From Roseiarcus sp. (lineage in GTDB: Bacteria > Pseudomonadota > Alphaproteobacteria > Rhizobiales > Beijerinckiaceae): a DNA stretch of 64,000 nt. The translations under genes were made by a program, and so were the position numbers. This document shows positions 56,593 through 64,000 of the stretch, piece by piece (positions within the stretch are counted from its first letter, which is position 1; the number at the start of each line of letters is the position of its first letter). The notes under the pieces were generated by a model. That model saw only the letters and a list, made by a program, of their open reading frames with translations. It was not told where the DNA came from and ran no database searches. The stretch lies in NCBI RefSeq assembly GCF_049514155.1, contig NZ_JBEKVH010000012.1, forward strand, positions 1,316 through 65,315. Direction: 5' to 3'.

Positions 56593-57464
56593 GCCGCCTC
56601 CGCTTCCGCCTCCACCTCGGCGTCCGCCGCAATCGCGGCGACCGACGCGACCTCCTCGACCGGCGCGGCGAGGCGGGCGTCCTGCTCGCGCTCGCGGCGC
56701 GCCGCGGCGAACGTCTTCGACCACCGCATCACTTCGAGCCTGCCGTCGTCGTGCTCGACGACCAGCGAGCAGGATTCGACGAAGTCGCCGGTGTTGACAT
56801 AAGTGACGCCGTCGATCTCGCGGATCGCCGGGTGATGGATGTGGCCGCAGACGACGCCGTCGACGCCGTGACGCTTGGCTTCGCGCGCGAGCTCGGATTC
56901 GAACGAACCGATGAAATTGACCGCGTTCTTCACTTTGAGCTTGGCCCAGGCGGAGAACGACCAGTAGTTGAAGCCGAACAGGCGGCGGACGTCGTTGAAG
57001 CGGGTGTTGAGGAACAGCGCCACGTCGTAGGCCCAGTCGCCGAGGTGGGCGAGCCACTTCGAATGGCGCACGACGACGTCGAACTCGTCGCCGTGCATGA
57101 CGAGATAGCGCTTGCCGTCGGCGGCGACGTGGATCGCGTTGCGGACGATCTCGATGCCGCCGAACGAGAGGCCGACGAACTGGCGGGCGAATTCGTCGTG
57201 GTTGCCGGGCACGAAGATCATCCGCGCGCCGCGGCGCACCTTGCGCAGCAGTTTCTGAACGACGTCATTGTGCGCCTGCGGCCAGTACCAGCCGCTGCGC
57301 ATCCGCCAGCCGTCGAGGATGTCGCCGACCAGGAAGTAGGTGTCGGCCTCGTTATGGCGCAGGAAGTCGAGCGCCAGCTCGGCCTGACAGCCGCGCGTGC
57401 CGAGGTGAAGGTCGGAGAGAAAGATCGTCCGGTAACGCCGGGTCGTGTCTTCGGATTTTGCCAC
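56589..57464 (-). CDS. LpxH-like metallophosphoesterase (PlcP-like phospholipase C candidate)
   Basis: GTG at 57464. FLSDLHLGTRGCQAE, LVGDILDGW, PGNHDEF and GHIH are calcineurin-like phosphoesterase motifs in the LpxH/PlcP arrangement. Confidence 0.75.
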   Translation of the reverse strand: MAKSEDTTRRYRTIFLSDLHLGTRGCQAELALDFLRHNEADTYFLVGDILDGWRMRSGWYWPQAHNDVVQKLLRKVRRGARMIFVPGNHDEFARQFVGLSFGGIEIVRNAIHVAADGKRYLVMHGDEFDVVVRHSKWLAHLGDWAYDVALFLNTRFNDVRRLFGFNYWSFSAWAKLKVKNAVNFIGSFESELAREAKRHGVDGVVCGHIHHPAIREIDGVTYVNTGDFVESCSLVVEHDDGRLEVMRWSKTFAAARREREQDARLAAPVEEVASVAAIAADAEVEAEAEAA

Positions 57465-57862
57465 GCCAGCCTCGTGGGTCGCGAGCGGAACCAGTTTGCG
57501 TTCTCCTTGCGCAGATTCTCATGTCGCGGGCGTGACAACAGGTTGAGCAGGGAGCGAGGACAGAGCGCTAGCGGCGCGCCGCGGCTGCTTGCGATTTCGC
57601 GAAGCGGATTTCGCCGGTGTGTGACGCCGCCGCCACAGTCGTCCGCCGCGTCCAGGCGCATGTCGCGGCGCGATGCGCTGAGCCGGAAAGTACTGGAAGG
57701 TCAGTATGTTGGCCAAAATTGTGGACGTCGGGGGAATGCGCCGCAATCTTGAGCTTGGTCGGCGATGGGCGGCCGCGCTTAAGTTGGGCAATAGACTTGC
57801 AGGCGGCTAAAGATTAGAAGTGCGAAAGGTGCGTTGCTTTTGCGCAAGACGGGGGCCGACCG

Positions 57863-58600
57863 ATGAAGCATTCTCTCTTGGCGTCTACGGCGTTGTGCGC
57901 CGCCTTCGCTTCTGGCGCTCTCGCCGCCGACCTGCCGACCATGAAGGGGCCGCCGCCGGCGCCGATGCCGGTCGTCGCCCCATTCTCGTGGACGGGTTTC
58001 TACATCGGCGGCAACATCGGCGCCGTCTTCGACCCGGACAGCGTCCAGGATCTCGGTGGTAACTGCTGCCACTTTTACAATGGCGGAACCGACACGCTCA
58101 ACCCCACGGGGGTCGTCGGCGGTTTGCAGGCGGGATACAATTATCAGATTCAGAGCTTCGTCGTCGGCGTCGAGGGCGACCTCGATGGGACGAGCGCCAG
58201 CGCCAGCAGGGGCGGGGTGCTGGGCGGCAGCGGGGCGGGGCAGCCGGTTCATTCGGCGAGCCTGCCATTCTTTGCCGACTTGCGTGCGCGGTTCGGCATC
58301 GCTTTCGATCGCTTCCTGCCCTACGTGACGGGCGGCGTCGTCTTTGCAGATCTGACGAACAAGCTCAGTGATACGGGCTACACGCCGCCGCTTCCTGTGA
58401 GCCGCGGCAGCGAGGCGACGGGGTGGACGATCGGCGGCGGCGTGGAATACGCGATCGACAATCACTGGTCGGTCAAGGCCGAGTACCTCTATATGCAGTT
58501 TCCGGACGTGACGAAGAGCGTCACGGACGGCGCCACATACGCCTTCAAGTTCAAGGACTCCGCCCAGCTCGCCCGCGTCGGCCTCAACTACCGGTTCTAA
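57863..58600 (+). CDS. outer-membrane beta-barrel protein (Omp25/RopB/porin family 31)
   Basis: Signal peptide MKHSLLASTALCAAFASGALA, FSWTGFYIGGNIG, and a C-terminal ARVGLNYRF ending in Phe. Confidence 0.85.
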   Translation: MKHSLLASTALCAAFASGALAADLPTMKGPPPAPMPVVAPFSWTGFYIGGNIGAVFDPDSVQDLGGNCCHFYNGGTDTLNPTGVVGGLQAGYNYQIQSFVVGVEGDLDGTSASASRGGVLGGSGAGQPVHSASLPFFADLRARFGIAFDRFLPYVTGGVVFADLTNKLSDTGYTPPLPVSRGSEATGWTIGGGVEYAIDNHWSVKAEYLYMQFPDVTKSVTDGATYAFKFKDSAQLARVGLNYRF

Positions 58601-58603
58601 GCG

Positions 58604-60061
58604 ATGGAGGAGGCGCCGTCGCCGAGCGAGGCGCCTTCGACCTTCACCGACGGCATTGTCTCTCAAGCGCGGTTGCTTCCTGAGCAGCCCGCCGTCATCC
58701 TTCCCGACCGGCTGGCCACCTACGACATGATCGCGCAGGGAATCCTGCGCGTCGAGGAGCGCCTTCGCGCCGTGAACCTTCCGCCGGGCGAAGTCGTCTG
58801 CGTCGCGCTGGCGAGCCCGATCCGACACCTGATCCTGGTTGCGGCGCTCTTCCGTCTCGGCGTGCCCAGCGTGTCGGGCGAGACTGCCGAAAGCGTCATC
58901 GCGCTCCGGCTGCCGGTGCGGACCTACTTTCAAGACGCCGGCGGCGCCCTGACTCCTGGCCTCAACCGTATTTTGGTCGACGAATCTTGGTTCGCCGGGC
59001 CACGGCTCGCGGCGAACGCGGCGCGCGGCTTCGCTCGGGAGGACGACCTCTGTCGCATTGAGGTGACCTCCGGGTCGACCGGCGCGCCGAAAGCGGTTTC
59101 GACGACCGTCGCGGGTTTTCAGCAGCGCCTTGCGGCGCAGATCACGGCGGAGAGCCTGGGCGTGCGCGGACGCGTGCTCGTTCTGCCGCGGATCAGCGGC
59201 GGCCTGGGCTTTCGCGTCGCCGCGCGCGTCCTGTCGACCGGCGGGACGATCGTCTGCGCTGAATCGGCGCGCGAAGCGCTGCAGATGACGGCGGCCTACC
59301 GTGTCGACGCGATTGTCGCCTCGGTGCAGCAGGCGCGCGATTTGATCCGCGAGCAGAGAAGGGCGCCGATCCCATGCCCTTCGCTTGGCGCGCTGCTGGT
59401 GACCGGCGCGCTGCCGACGCGCGCGTTGCTGAACGAAGCGCGCGCCTGGCTGTGTTCGCGGACAATCGTTCATTATGGCGCGACGGAGACCGGCCCCATC
59501 GCCTCGACGCCGGCCGACCTGCTGATGGAGGAAGAAGGCGCAACCGGTTTTCCGCTGCCCGGAGCGACGATCGAAGTCGTCGACGCTGAAGATCGTCTGG
59601 CGCCGTCGGAGACCGTTGGCCTCGTGCGCGTGCGCACGCTGGCGATGGGCGAGCCCTATCCGCCAAGGCCGAAGGACGAGCATCCCAGTCTGCGCGGCGG
59701 CTCGTTCTATCCTGGCGATCGCGGCCGCCTGACCAAGGAAGGGATGCTGATCCTCGAGGGGCGCGCGTCGGAAATCATCAATACCGGAGGCGTCAAGCGG
59801 GCGCCGGAGTTGATCGAGGAACTCGTTCTGCGCCACCCGAACGTCGCCGAGGCCGCCGCCTTCGGCGCTGTCGGAGCGGACGGAATCGAGGAAGTCAATC
59901 TTGCCGTGGTGACGCGCGCGGCGATCGCCGAGAAGGCGCTGATCAATTGGTGCGCCGCGCGCGGCCTGGAAGTGGCGCGCGTCTTCGCCGTCGAGTCGTT
60001 GCCGCGAACGCAGATGGGCAAGATTCGCCGCGACGAGGTGAAGCGGTCGCTTATCGGTTAG
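58604..60061 (+). CDS. adenylate-forming enzyme (AMP-dependent synthetase/ligase family)
   Basis: 485 aa. A3-like core TSGSTGAPKAV, A5-like YGATETG, A8-like GRASEIINTGGVK and a C-terminal GKIRR motif. Starts 3 nt after the porin stop. Confidence 0.8.
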   Translation: MEEAPSPSEAPSTFTDGIVSQARLLPEQPAVILPDRLATYDMIAQGILRVEERLRAVNLPPGEVVCVALASPIRHLILVAALFRLGVPSVSGETAESVIALRLPVRTYFQDAGGALTPGLNRILVDESWFAGPRLAANAARGFAREDDLCRIEVTSGSTGAPKAVSTTVAGFQQRLAAQITAESLGVRGRVLVLPRISGGLGFRVAARVLSTGGTIVCAESAREALQMTAAYRVDAIVASVQQARDLIREQRRAPIPCPSLGALLVTGALPTRALLNEARAWLCSRTIVHYGATETGPIASTPADLLMEEEGATGFPLPGATIEVVDAEDRLAPSETVGLVRVRTLAMGEPYPPRPKDEHPSLRGGSFYPGDRGRLTKEGMLILEGRASEIINTGGVKRAPELIEELVLRHPNVAEAAAFGAVGADGIEEVNLAVVTRAAIAEKALINWCAARGLEVARVFAVESLPRTQMGKIRRDEVKRSLIG

Positions 60062-61422
60062 CGCGTCCTGTAGTTTTGCGGCTGTCGCAGAACGCCAAGC
60101 GCTCGTCCTTCGCCCGCGCGCCGCCGGCCCAGCGCGTAGAGGCTCGCGGCGGCAAACAGCGTCGGCATGGCGATGGCGGCGAAGGCGACCGCGAGGGATA
60201 CCCCGGTCGACAATACGGCCGCCCCCGCCATCGAGCCGACGATCGCGCCGAGCCGGCCAGCGCCATGCGCACAGCCGACGCCGGTTGCGCGGCAGTCGGT
60301 CGGATAGAAGGTCGCTGCGACGGCGTTGACGCCGATCTGACAGCCGGAGATGCATAGGCCCGCGCCGAAGACGATGCTCCCGAACAGGATCGGCGAGTAG
60401 GGCAACGCGCCGATCGTCGCCACCAGCGCGCCACCGAAGGCGTAGCTGATCGCCAGGACGTAGGCGGAATTGAACCGGTCCATCAGGACGCCGAGCAGGA
60501 TCGCGCCGAGCGTTCCACCGACCTGAAACATGCTGGTGACGACGAATGACGCCGGAAGCGAGGCGCCGACGCTCTGCAGGATCAGCGGCAGCCAACTCGA
60601 CAAGAGATATATGGTCAAGAGGCTGACGAAGAACGTCGACCACAGCATCAAAGTGCCAAACGCGAGATCGGGCGCAAAAAGACGGCCGATCGGCGCAGCC
60701 GGTTCGCGCTCCGCATGCGCGTAAAGGGCAGGCGCAATCGCCTCGCGCGGCGCAATGCGTCGCAGCGCTGAGACGATGCGCGGGTCAGCCGGATTGCGCA
60801 GGGCCAAGAACCGAGCCGACTCGGGCAATACCCACGCGGCGATCGGCAGCAGGGCGAGCGGCAGAACCCCGCCCACCGCCAATGGCGACCGCCAACCATA
60901 GGCGACGACCAGATGCGCCGAGGCGAAGCCGCCGAGCGCGGAACCGACGGCGAAGCCACAATACATTGCAGTGACGAGCGCGAGGCGATGCTTCTGTGGG
61001 CAATACTCGGAGGTCAGAGTCACGCAGTTTGGCATCGCGCCGCCCATTCCGAGGCCGGTGAGAAAGCGCAGCGCGATCAGCATTGGCGGCGAAGGCGAGG
61101 CTGACGCGGCCAGACTGGCGGCCCCAAGCAGCGCGACGCACAACAATAGAATCGTCTTGCGGCCGAACCTGTCCGACAACGGGCCGAAAATGATCGCGCC
61201 AGCCAGCAGGCCGAAGAGGCTGGCGGCCAACAGCGGCGCCAGTTGCGTCGGCGTTAGCCCCCACTCCGTTCGGATCGACGAGGCGAGAAATCCCATCACG
61301 GTCGCGTCGAAGCCGTCGATGGCGACAATGAGAAAGCAGATGGCGACGACCAAGACCTGGAACAGCGAGAGCTGTCGCCGATCGATGAAATCAGCCACAT
61401 CGACGACTTGGACGCTGGCCAT
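60058..61422 (-). CDS. MFS transporter (aromatic acid:H+ symporter-like)
   Basis: ATG at 61422. AIDGFDATVMGF in TM1, as in PcaK/BenK-type transporters. 12 TM helices. Its stop overlaps the stop of the convergent ligase gene. Confidence 0.75.
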   Translation of the reverse strand: MASVQVVDVADFIDRRQLSLFQVLVVAICFLIVAIDGFDATVMGFLASSIRTEWGLTPTQLAPLLAASLFGLLAGAIIFGPLSDRFGRKTILLLCVALLGAASLAASASPSPPMLIALRFLTGLGMGGAMPNCVTLTSEYCPQKHRLALVTAMYCGFAVGSALGGFASAHLVVAYGWRSPLAVGGVLPLALLPIAAWVLPESARFLALRNPADPRIVSALRRIAPREAIAPALYAHAEREPAAPIGRLFAPDLAFGTLMLWSTFFVSLLTIYLLSSWLPLILQSVGASLPASFVVTSMFQVGGTLGAILLGVLMDRFNSAYVLAISYAFGGALVATIGALPYSPILFGSIVFGAGLCISGCQIGVNAVAATFYPTDCRATGVGCAHGAGRLGAIVGSMAGAAVLSTGVSLAVAFAAIAMPTLFAAASLYALGRRRAGEGRALGVLRQPQNYRTR

Positions 61423-61553
61423 GGGTCTCTTGGTGATGAACAATCGTTTCCTTTAGCATGCTACGCGATTGACGCCTGCTGCGAAACTTCGGTTCCGCGC
61501 AGGCGAAGCCCCGCGGGACGGCGGTTGGGGCAGCCGGAGGAAAGACGATCCTG

Positions 61554-61847
61554 ATGAGCGAGGAGCCGCTGCTGGTCTGGCGCATCGTCGTCGAGGGCCA
61601 CGTCCAGGGCGTCGGCTACCGCCACTTCGCGCGCCGGATCGCGCTGCGCTTCGGCGTCGCCGGCTGGGTGCGCAACCATCGCGACGGGGCGGTCGAGATG
61701 CTGGTCGCCGGGCCTGCCGACCGGATCGAGGCTGCGCTCGCGGAACTGAGGCGCGGACCGCTCGGCGCGCATGTGCTCGACTTCCGCATCGTTTCGATCA
61801 ACGAGACGGAACGCCCGATCGGTTTTGAGATCCGCGGAACGATCTGA
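61554..61847 (+). CDS. acyP: acylphosphatase
   Basis: 97 aa. VEGHVQGVGYRHF and GWVRNHRDGAVE signatures. SD GGAGGAAAG. Confidence 0.9.
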   Translation: MSEEPLLVWRIVVEGHVQGVGYRHFARRIALRFGVAGWVRNHRDGAVEMLVAGPADRIEAALAELRRGPLGAHVLDFRIVSINETERPIGFEIRGTI

Positions 61848-61867
61848 ACGGGGCGCGCCGCTCGGCC

Positions 61868-62731
61868 TCACGCCGAATCGAGCAGCCGCTTCGCCCGCTT
61901 CAGGTGCGGCAGGTCGAGCATCTCGCCGTCGAGCGCGACGACCCCGGCGCCCGGCGCCGCCTCGAACGCGGCGACGACCGCCCGCGCCCGGGCGATCGCC
62001 TCGGGCGAAACGGAAAAGACTTCGTTGATGATCGGAACCTGCGCCGGGTGGATCGCCATCTTGGCGAGGAAGCCGTCGCGGCGGGCGGCGAGCGCTTCGG
62101 CGCGCAACCCGTCGAGATCGCGGAAGTTGGTATAGACGGCGTCGATCGGGCGCGCCTCCGCGGCGACCGCGCCGACCAGCGTCAGCGTCCGCGCCAGCGC
62201 GTATGGCGCGGCATAGGCGCCGTCGGGCAGGCGGTTCGTCTCGGCGCCGATATCGACCGACAGATCCTCGCCGCCCCAGGCGAGGCCCTCGAGCCGGCCG
62301 CTCGCGCCGCGATAGCTGGCGAAGCCGAACAGCGCGCGCGCCGACTCGGTGGCGATGGCGACGATGCGGGTCGAGCCGTCGATGAGGCCGTGCTCGGCCT
62401 CGCGCACCGCGAGATTCGCGCCAAGCCGCTGCACGTCGGCGCCGCCGCGGCATTTGGGCAGGACCACGCCGTCGGGAGCGGCGGGGATCACCGCGTCGAG
62501 ATCGGCCGCGGTCAACCCGCTGGCGAACGCGTTGACCCGAATGTAGAGCCTTGGGCGGGTTGCGAGCCGGCGCGCCTCGGCGACGAAGGCGGCGGCGAAA
62601 GTGCGCGCCGCCGGTTTGCGGGCCTCGGCGACCGAATCCTCGAGGTCGACGATCAGCGCGTCGGCGCCGCTCGTCAGCGCCTTGGCGAGCTTCTTGTCGT
62701 CGTCGCCGGGGACGAAGAGCAGCGAGCGCAT
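61868..62731 (-). CDS. HpcH/HpaI aldolase / CitE-like acyl-CoA lyase
   Basis: ATG at 62731. 287 aa with MRSLLFVPGDDDKKLAKALTSGADALIVDLEDSV, the typical CitE/malyl-CoA lyase N-terminus. Confidence 0.8.
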   Translation of the reverse strand: MRSLLFVPGDDDKKLAKALTSGADALIVDLEDSVAEARKPAARTFAAAFVAEARRLATRPRLYIRVNAFASGLTAADLDAVIPAAPDGVVLPKCRGGADVQRLGANLAVREAEHGLIDGSTRIVAIATESARALFGFASYRGASGRLEGLAWGGEDLSVDIGAETNRLPDGAYAAPYALARTLTLVGAVAAEARPIDAVYTNFRDLDGLRAEALAARRDGFLAKMAIHPAQVPIINEVFSVSPEAIARARAVVAAFEAAPGAGVVALDGEMLDLPHLKRAKRLLDSA

Positions 62732-62733
62732 GG

Positions 62734-63231
62734 TCAGACCGCCGTCGTCGCCAGCGGCCGCCGCCGCATGAACGCGGTGCGGCGGCATTCGGCGACCAGA
62801 GTTCCGTCCTGTTTGAAGGCGCGGTGCAGGAATTCGATCAGGCCGGCGTCGGGGCGCGACTTCGAGGCGCGCTTGGCCGTCACCTCCGTCGTCGCGCTGA
62901 CCGTGTCGCCCTCGAACAACGGCGCGGGAAACTTGACCTCGGACATGCCGAGATTGGCGATGGTCGTGCCGAGCGTCGTGTCGTTGACCGAAATGCCGAT
63001 CAACAGGCCGAGAGTGAACAGCGAATTCATCAGCGGCTGTCCCCACTCGGTCTCTGTGGCGCAGAAATGGGCGTCGATGTGCAGCGGCTGCGGATTGAGC
63101 GTCAGACTCGAAAACAACAGGTTGTCCATCTGGCTGACGGTTCGGGTCAGGCGGTGGCGGAAGACCCTCCCGACCTCGAAATCCTCGAAATAGAGTCCGC
63201 CGCGCGGATGGGTTGCGTGCATATCGGCCAT
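62734..63231 (-). CDS. MaoC-like (R)-specific enoyl-CoA hydratase/dehydratase
   Basis: 165 aa hot-dog fold. FEDFEVGRVF...NPQPLHID... SD GAGGAG. Stops 2 nt before the CitE-like start. Confidence 0.8.
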   Translation of the reverse strand: MADMHATHPRGGLYFEDFEVGRVFRHRLTRTVSQMDNLLFSSLTLNPQPLHIDAHFCATETEWGQPLMNSLFTLGLLIGISVNDTTLGTTIANLGMSEVKFPAPLFEGDTVSATTEVTAKRASKSRPDAGLIEFLHRAFKQDGTLVAECRRTAFMRRRPLATTAV

Positions 63232-63293
63232 TTCCTAACTCCTCGGCCGGCGTCTTAATCGCGCGTTTACCTTAAATCGGCGATGAATAGGCG

Positions 63294-64000
63294 ATGCAAA
63301 TGCTCGCCGAAGCCGCCGAGCCGCCCTTCGGGGCCGTCGAAACGGTCGCCGAACGGCCGCTGGCGCTTTGCGCCGGCGAGCCCGGGATCGTGCGCCGATT
63401 CCTCGCCTGGAGGCAACGGGCCGACGCGGGGGAGCGCGCCGAGGCGGCGAGCGCCCTGGCGCGGGCCTACCTCTACTCCGATCTTCCGGCTGACGAGCGC
63501 GCCGAAGCCGAGCTTGGCCTCGCCACCGTGCTCGACGACCCATCGGCCTTGGTGCGCCGGGCGCTCGCCGAGGCGCTCGCCGGCGCGTTCGAAGCGCCGC
63601 GCCCAATCGTGCTGGCGCTCGCCGCCGACCAATCCGACGTCGCCGGGGTGGTGCTCGGCCGCTCGCCGCTGCTGACCGAGGCCGAGCTCGTCGATTTCGC
63701 CGCGTCCGGCGACGCCGCCGCGCAGACCGCCATCGCCCGGCGGCCACGCCTGGCGGCGGGAATCGCGGCGGCGCTGGCGGAAGTCGGCCGCCGCGAGGCG
63801 GCGATCGCGCTTGCCGACAATCTCGACGCCGATGTCAGGCCGAGCGCGCTGTGGCGAATGTTCGGGCGCTTTGGCGACGATTGCGAGGTCCGCGACGCGT
63901 TGGCGTCGCGCGCCGATCTGCCGCCGGCGCTGCGCAATGAGCTTGCCGCCGCGACCGCGCGTGGGCTGGCCGCATTCGCCACGCACTGCGACTGGCTCTC
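63294..64000 (+). CDS. DUF2336 domain protein, N-terminal part (runs off the right edge)
   Basis: An open frame from the ATG at 63294 to the window end, absent from the track because it has no stop. The translation ...AEAASALARAYLYSDLPADERAEAELGLATVLDDPSALVRRALAEALA...PRPIVLALAADQSDVAGVVLGRSPLLTEAELVDF matches the HEAT-like DUF2336 pattern. Strong GC3 bias. Confidence 0.65.
   Translation, partial: MQMLAEAAEPPFGAVETVAERPLALCAGEPGIVRRFLAWRQRADAGERAEAASALARAYLYSDLPADERAEAELGLATVLDDPSALVRRALAEALAGAFEAPRPIVLALAADQSDVAGVVLGRSPLLTEAELVDFAASGDAAAQTAIARRPRLAAGIAAALAEVGRREAAIALADNLDADVRPSALWRMFGRFGDDCEVRDALASRADLPPALRNELAAATARGLAAFATHCDWL

Noticed and set aside
52762-56802. 1346-aa plus-strand ORF, the longest in the track
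   Set aside because: The translation is a monotonous Arg/Gly/Ala/Asp/Glu-rich sequence with no recognisable domain. It lies antisense to four well-supported minus-strand genes (DUF900 hydrolase, MFS, GT4, PlcP-like). This is the typical stop-free wrong frame of GC-rich DNA.
57521-57538. Pho box upstream of the plcP-like gene as an annotated feature
   Set aside because: It gives only 9 of 14 matches to the two-repeat consensus. That is too weak to annotate, so it is mentioned only as a lead in the finding.
57813-57819. Isolated ATTAGAA (upstream of the porin) and TATTCTA (2281-2287, minus strand) as extra sulfur-operator half-sites
   Set aside because: Each is a single 7-mer without a partner arm. 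It cannot be distinguished from chance without a genome-wide background.
57779-60643. 954-aa minus-strand ORF
   Set aside because: It lies antisense to the porin and the adenylate-forming enzyme, which have clear signatures. The translation is Arg/Ala/Gly/Pro-rich without motifs.
63251-63280. CtrA box in the MaoC/DUF2336 intergenic region (two TTAA motifs)
   Set aside because: The TTAA motifs are 13 nt apart instead of 7, and the second is not TTAAC.
1-64000. Mobile elements, prophage, defence islands or toxin-antitoxin pairs
   Set aside because: The window contains no integrase, transposase, tRNA target, terminal repeats or small paired ORFs with TA-like features. AT-rich spots are short operator-sized islands and not foreign DNA blocks.

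Overview
Very GC-rich, densely coding chromosomal window. Gene content points to an alphaproteobacterium, probably Hyphomicrobiales-like: alphaproteobacterial-type ftsL, a DUF4164-zapA pair, an Omp25/RopB-type porin, DUF2336 and DUF992. I can support about 65 CDS. I found no rRNA, tRNA, CRISPR array, transposase or integrase. All names come from motifs I recognise in the translations and from gene order, because no database search was possible. Many long ORFs in the track are wrong-frame artefacts of the high GC content.

Layout:
- 0.4-3.4 kb: nitroreductase, flavin reductase, two Gly-rich exported proteins and DUF992.
- 3.4-14.2 kb: a sulfide/persulfide-type island. It holds rhodanese, an AhpD-like CxxC protein, an RND pump plus adaptor, three paralogous two-Cys YgaV/BigR/SqrR-type ArsR regulators, DUF2892, DUF302, cysG, a TrpD-like protein and a type I sulfide:quinone oxidoreductase. 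Two divergent promoter regions share an AT-rich operator.
- 14.3-21.5 kb: amidohydrolase, two SDRs, amidase, an orphan ABC binding protein and a GT39 membrane glycosyltransferase.
- 21.5-28 kb: zapA, then tkt-gap-pgk-fba.
- 28-33.6 kb: pirin/SDR/cupin/LysR redox cluster, queC and a SIMPL protein.
- 33.7-45.1 kb: dcw cluster from mraZ to murG. It has phased MraZ-box-like repeats, a MurD lacking a conserved C-terminal motif, and it stops after murG.
- 45-51.6 kb: methyltransferase, two MFS transporters and pyrH-tsf-rpsB. RpsB carries a long C-terminal extension.
- 51.9-64 kb: tal, a DUF900 lipoprotein, an MFS transporter, a plcP-agt-like lipid-remodelling pair, a porin plus adenylate-forming enzyme, an MFS transporter, acylphosphatase, a MaoC-CitE pair and a partial DUF2336 gene.

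The best candidate for an undescribed system is the RND pump operon that also encodes a CxxC AhpD-like protein and a rhodanese. It is divergent from a persulfide-sensor-type regulator and shares an operator half-site with the sqr promoter.
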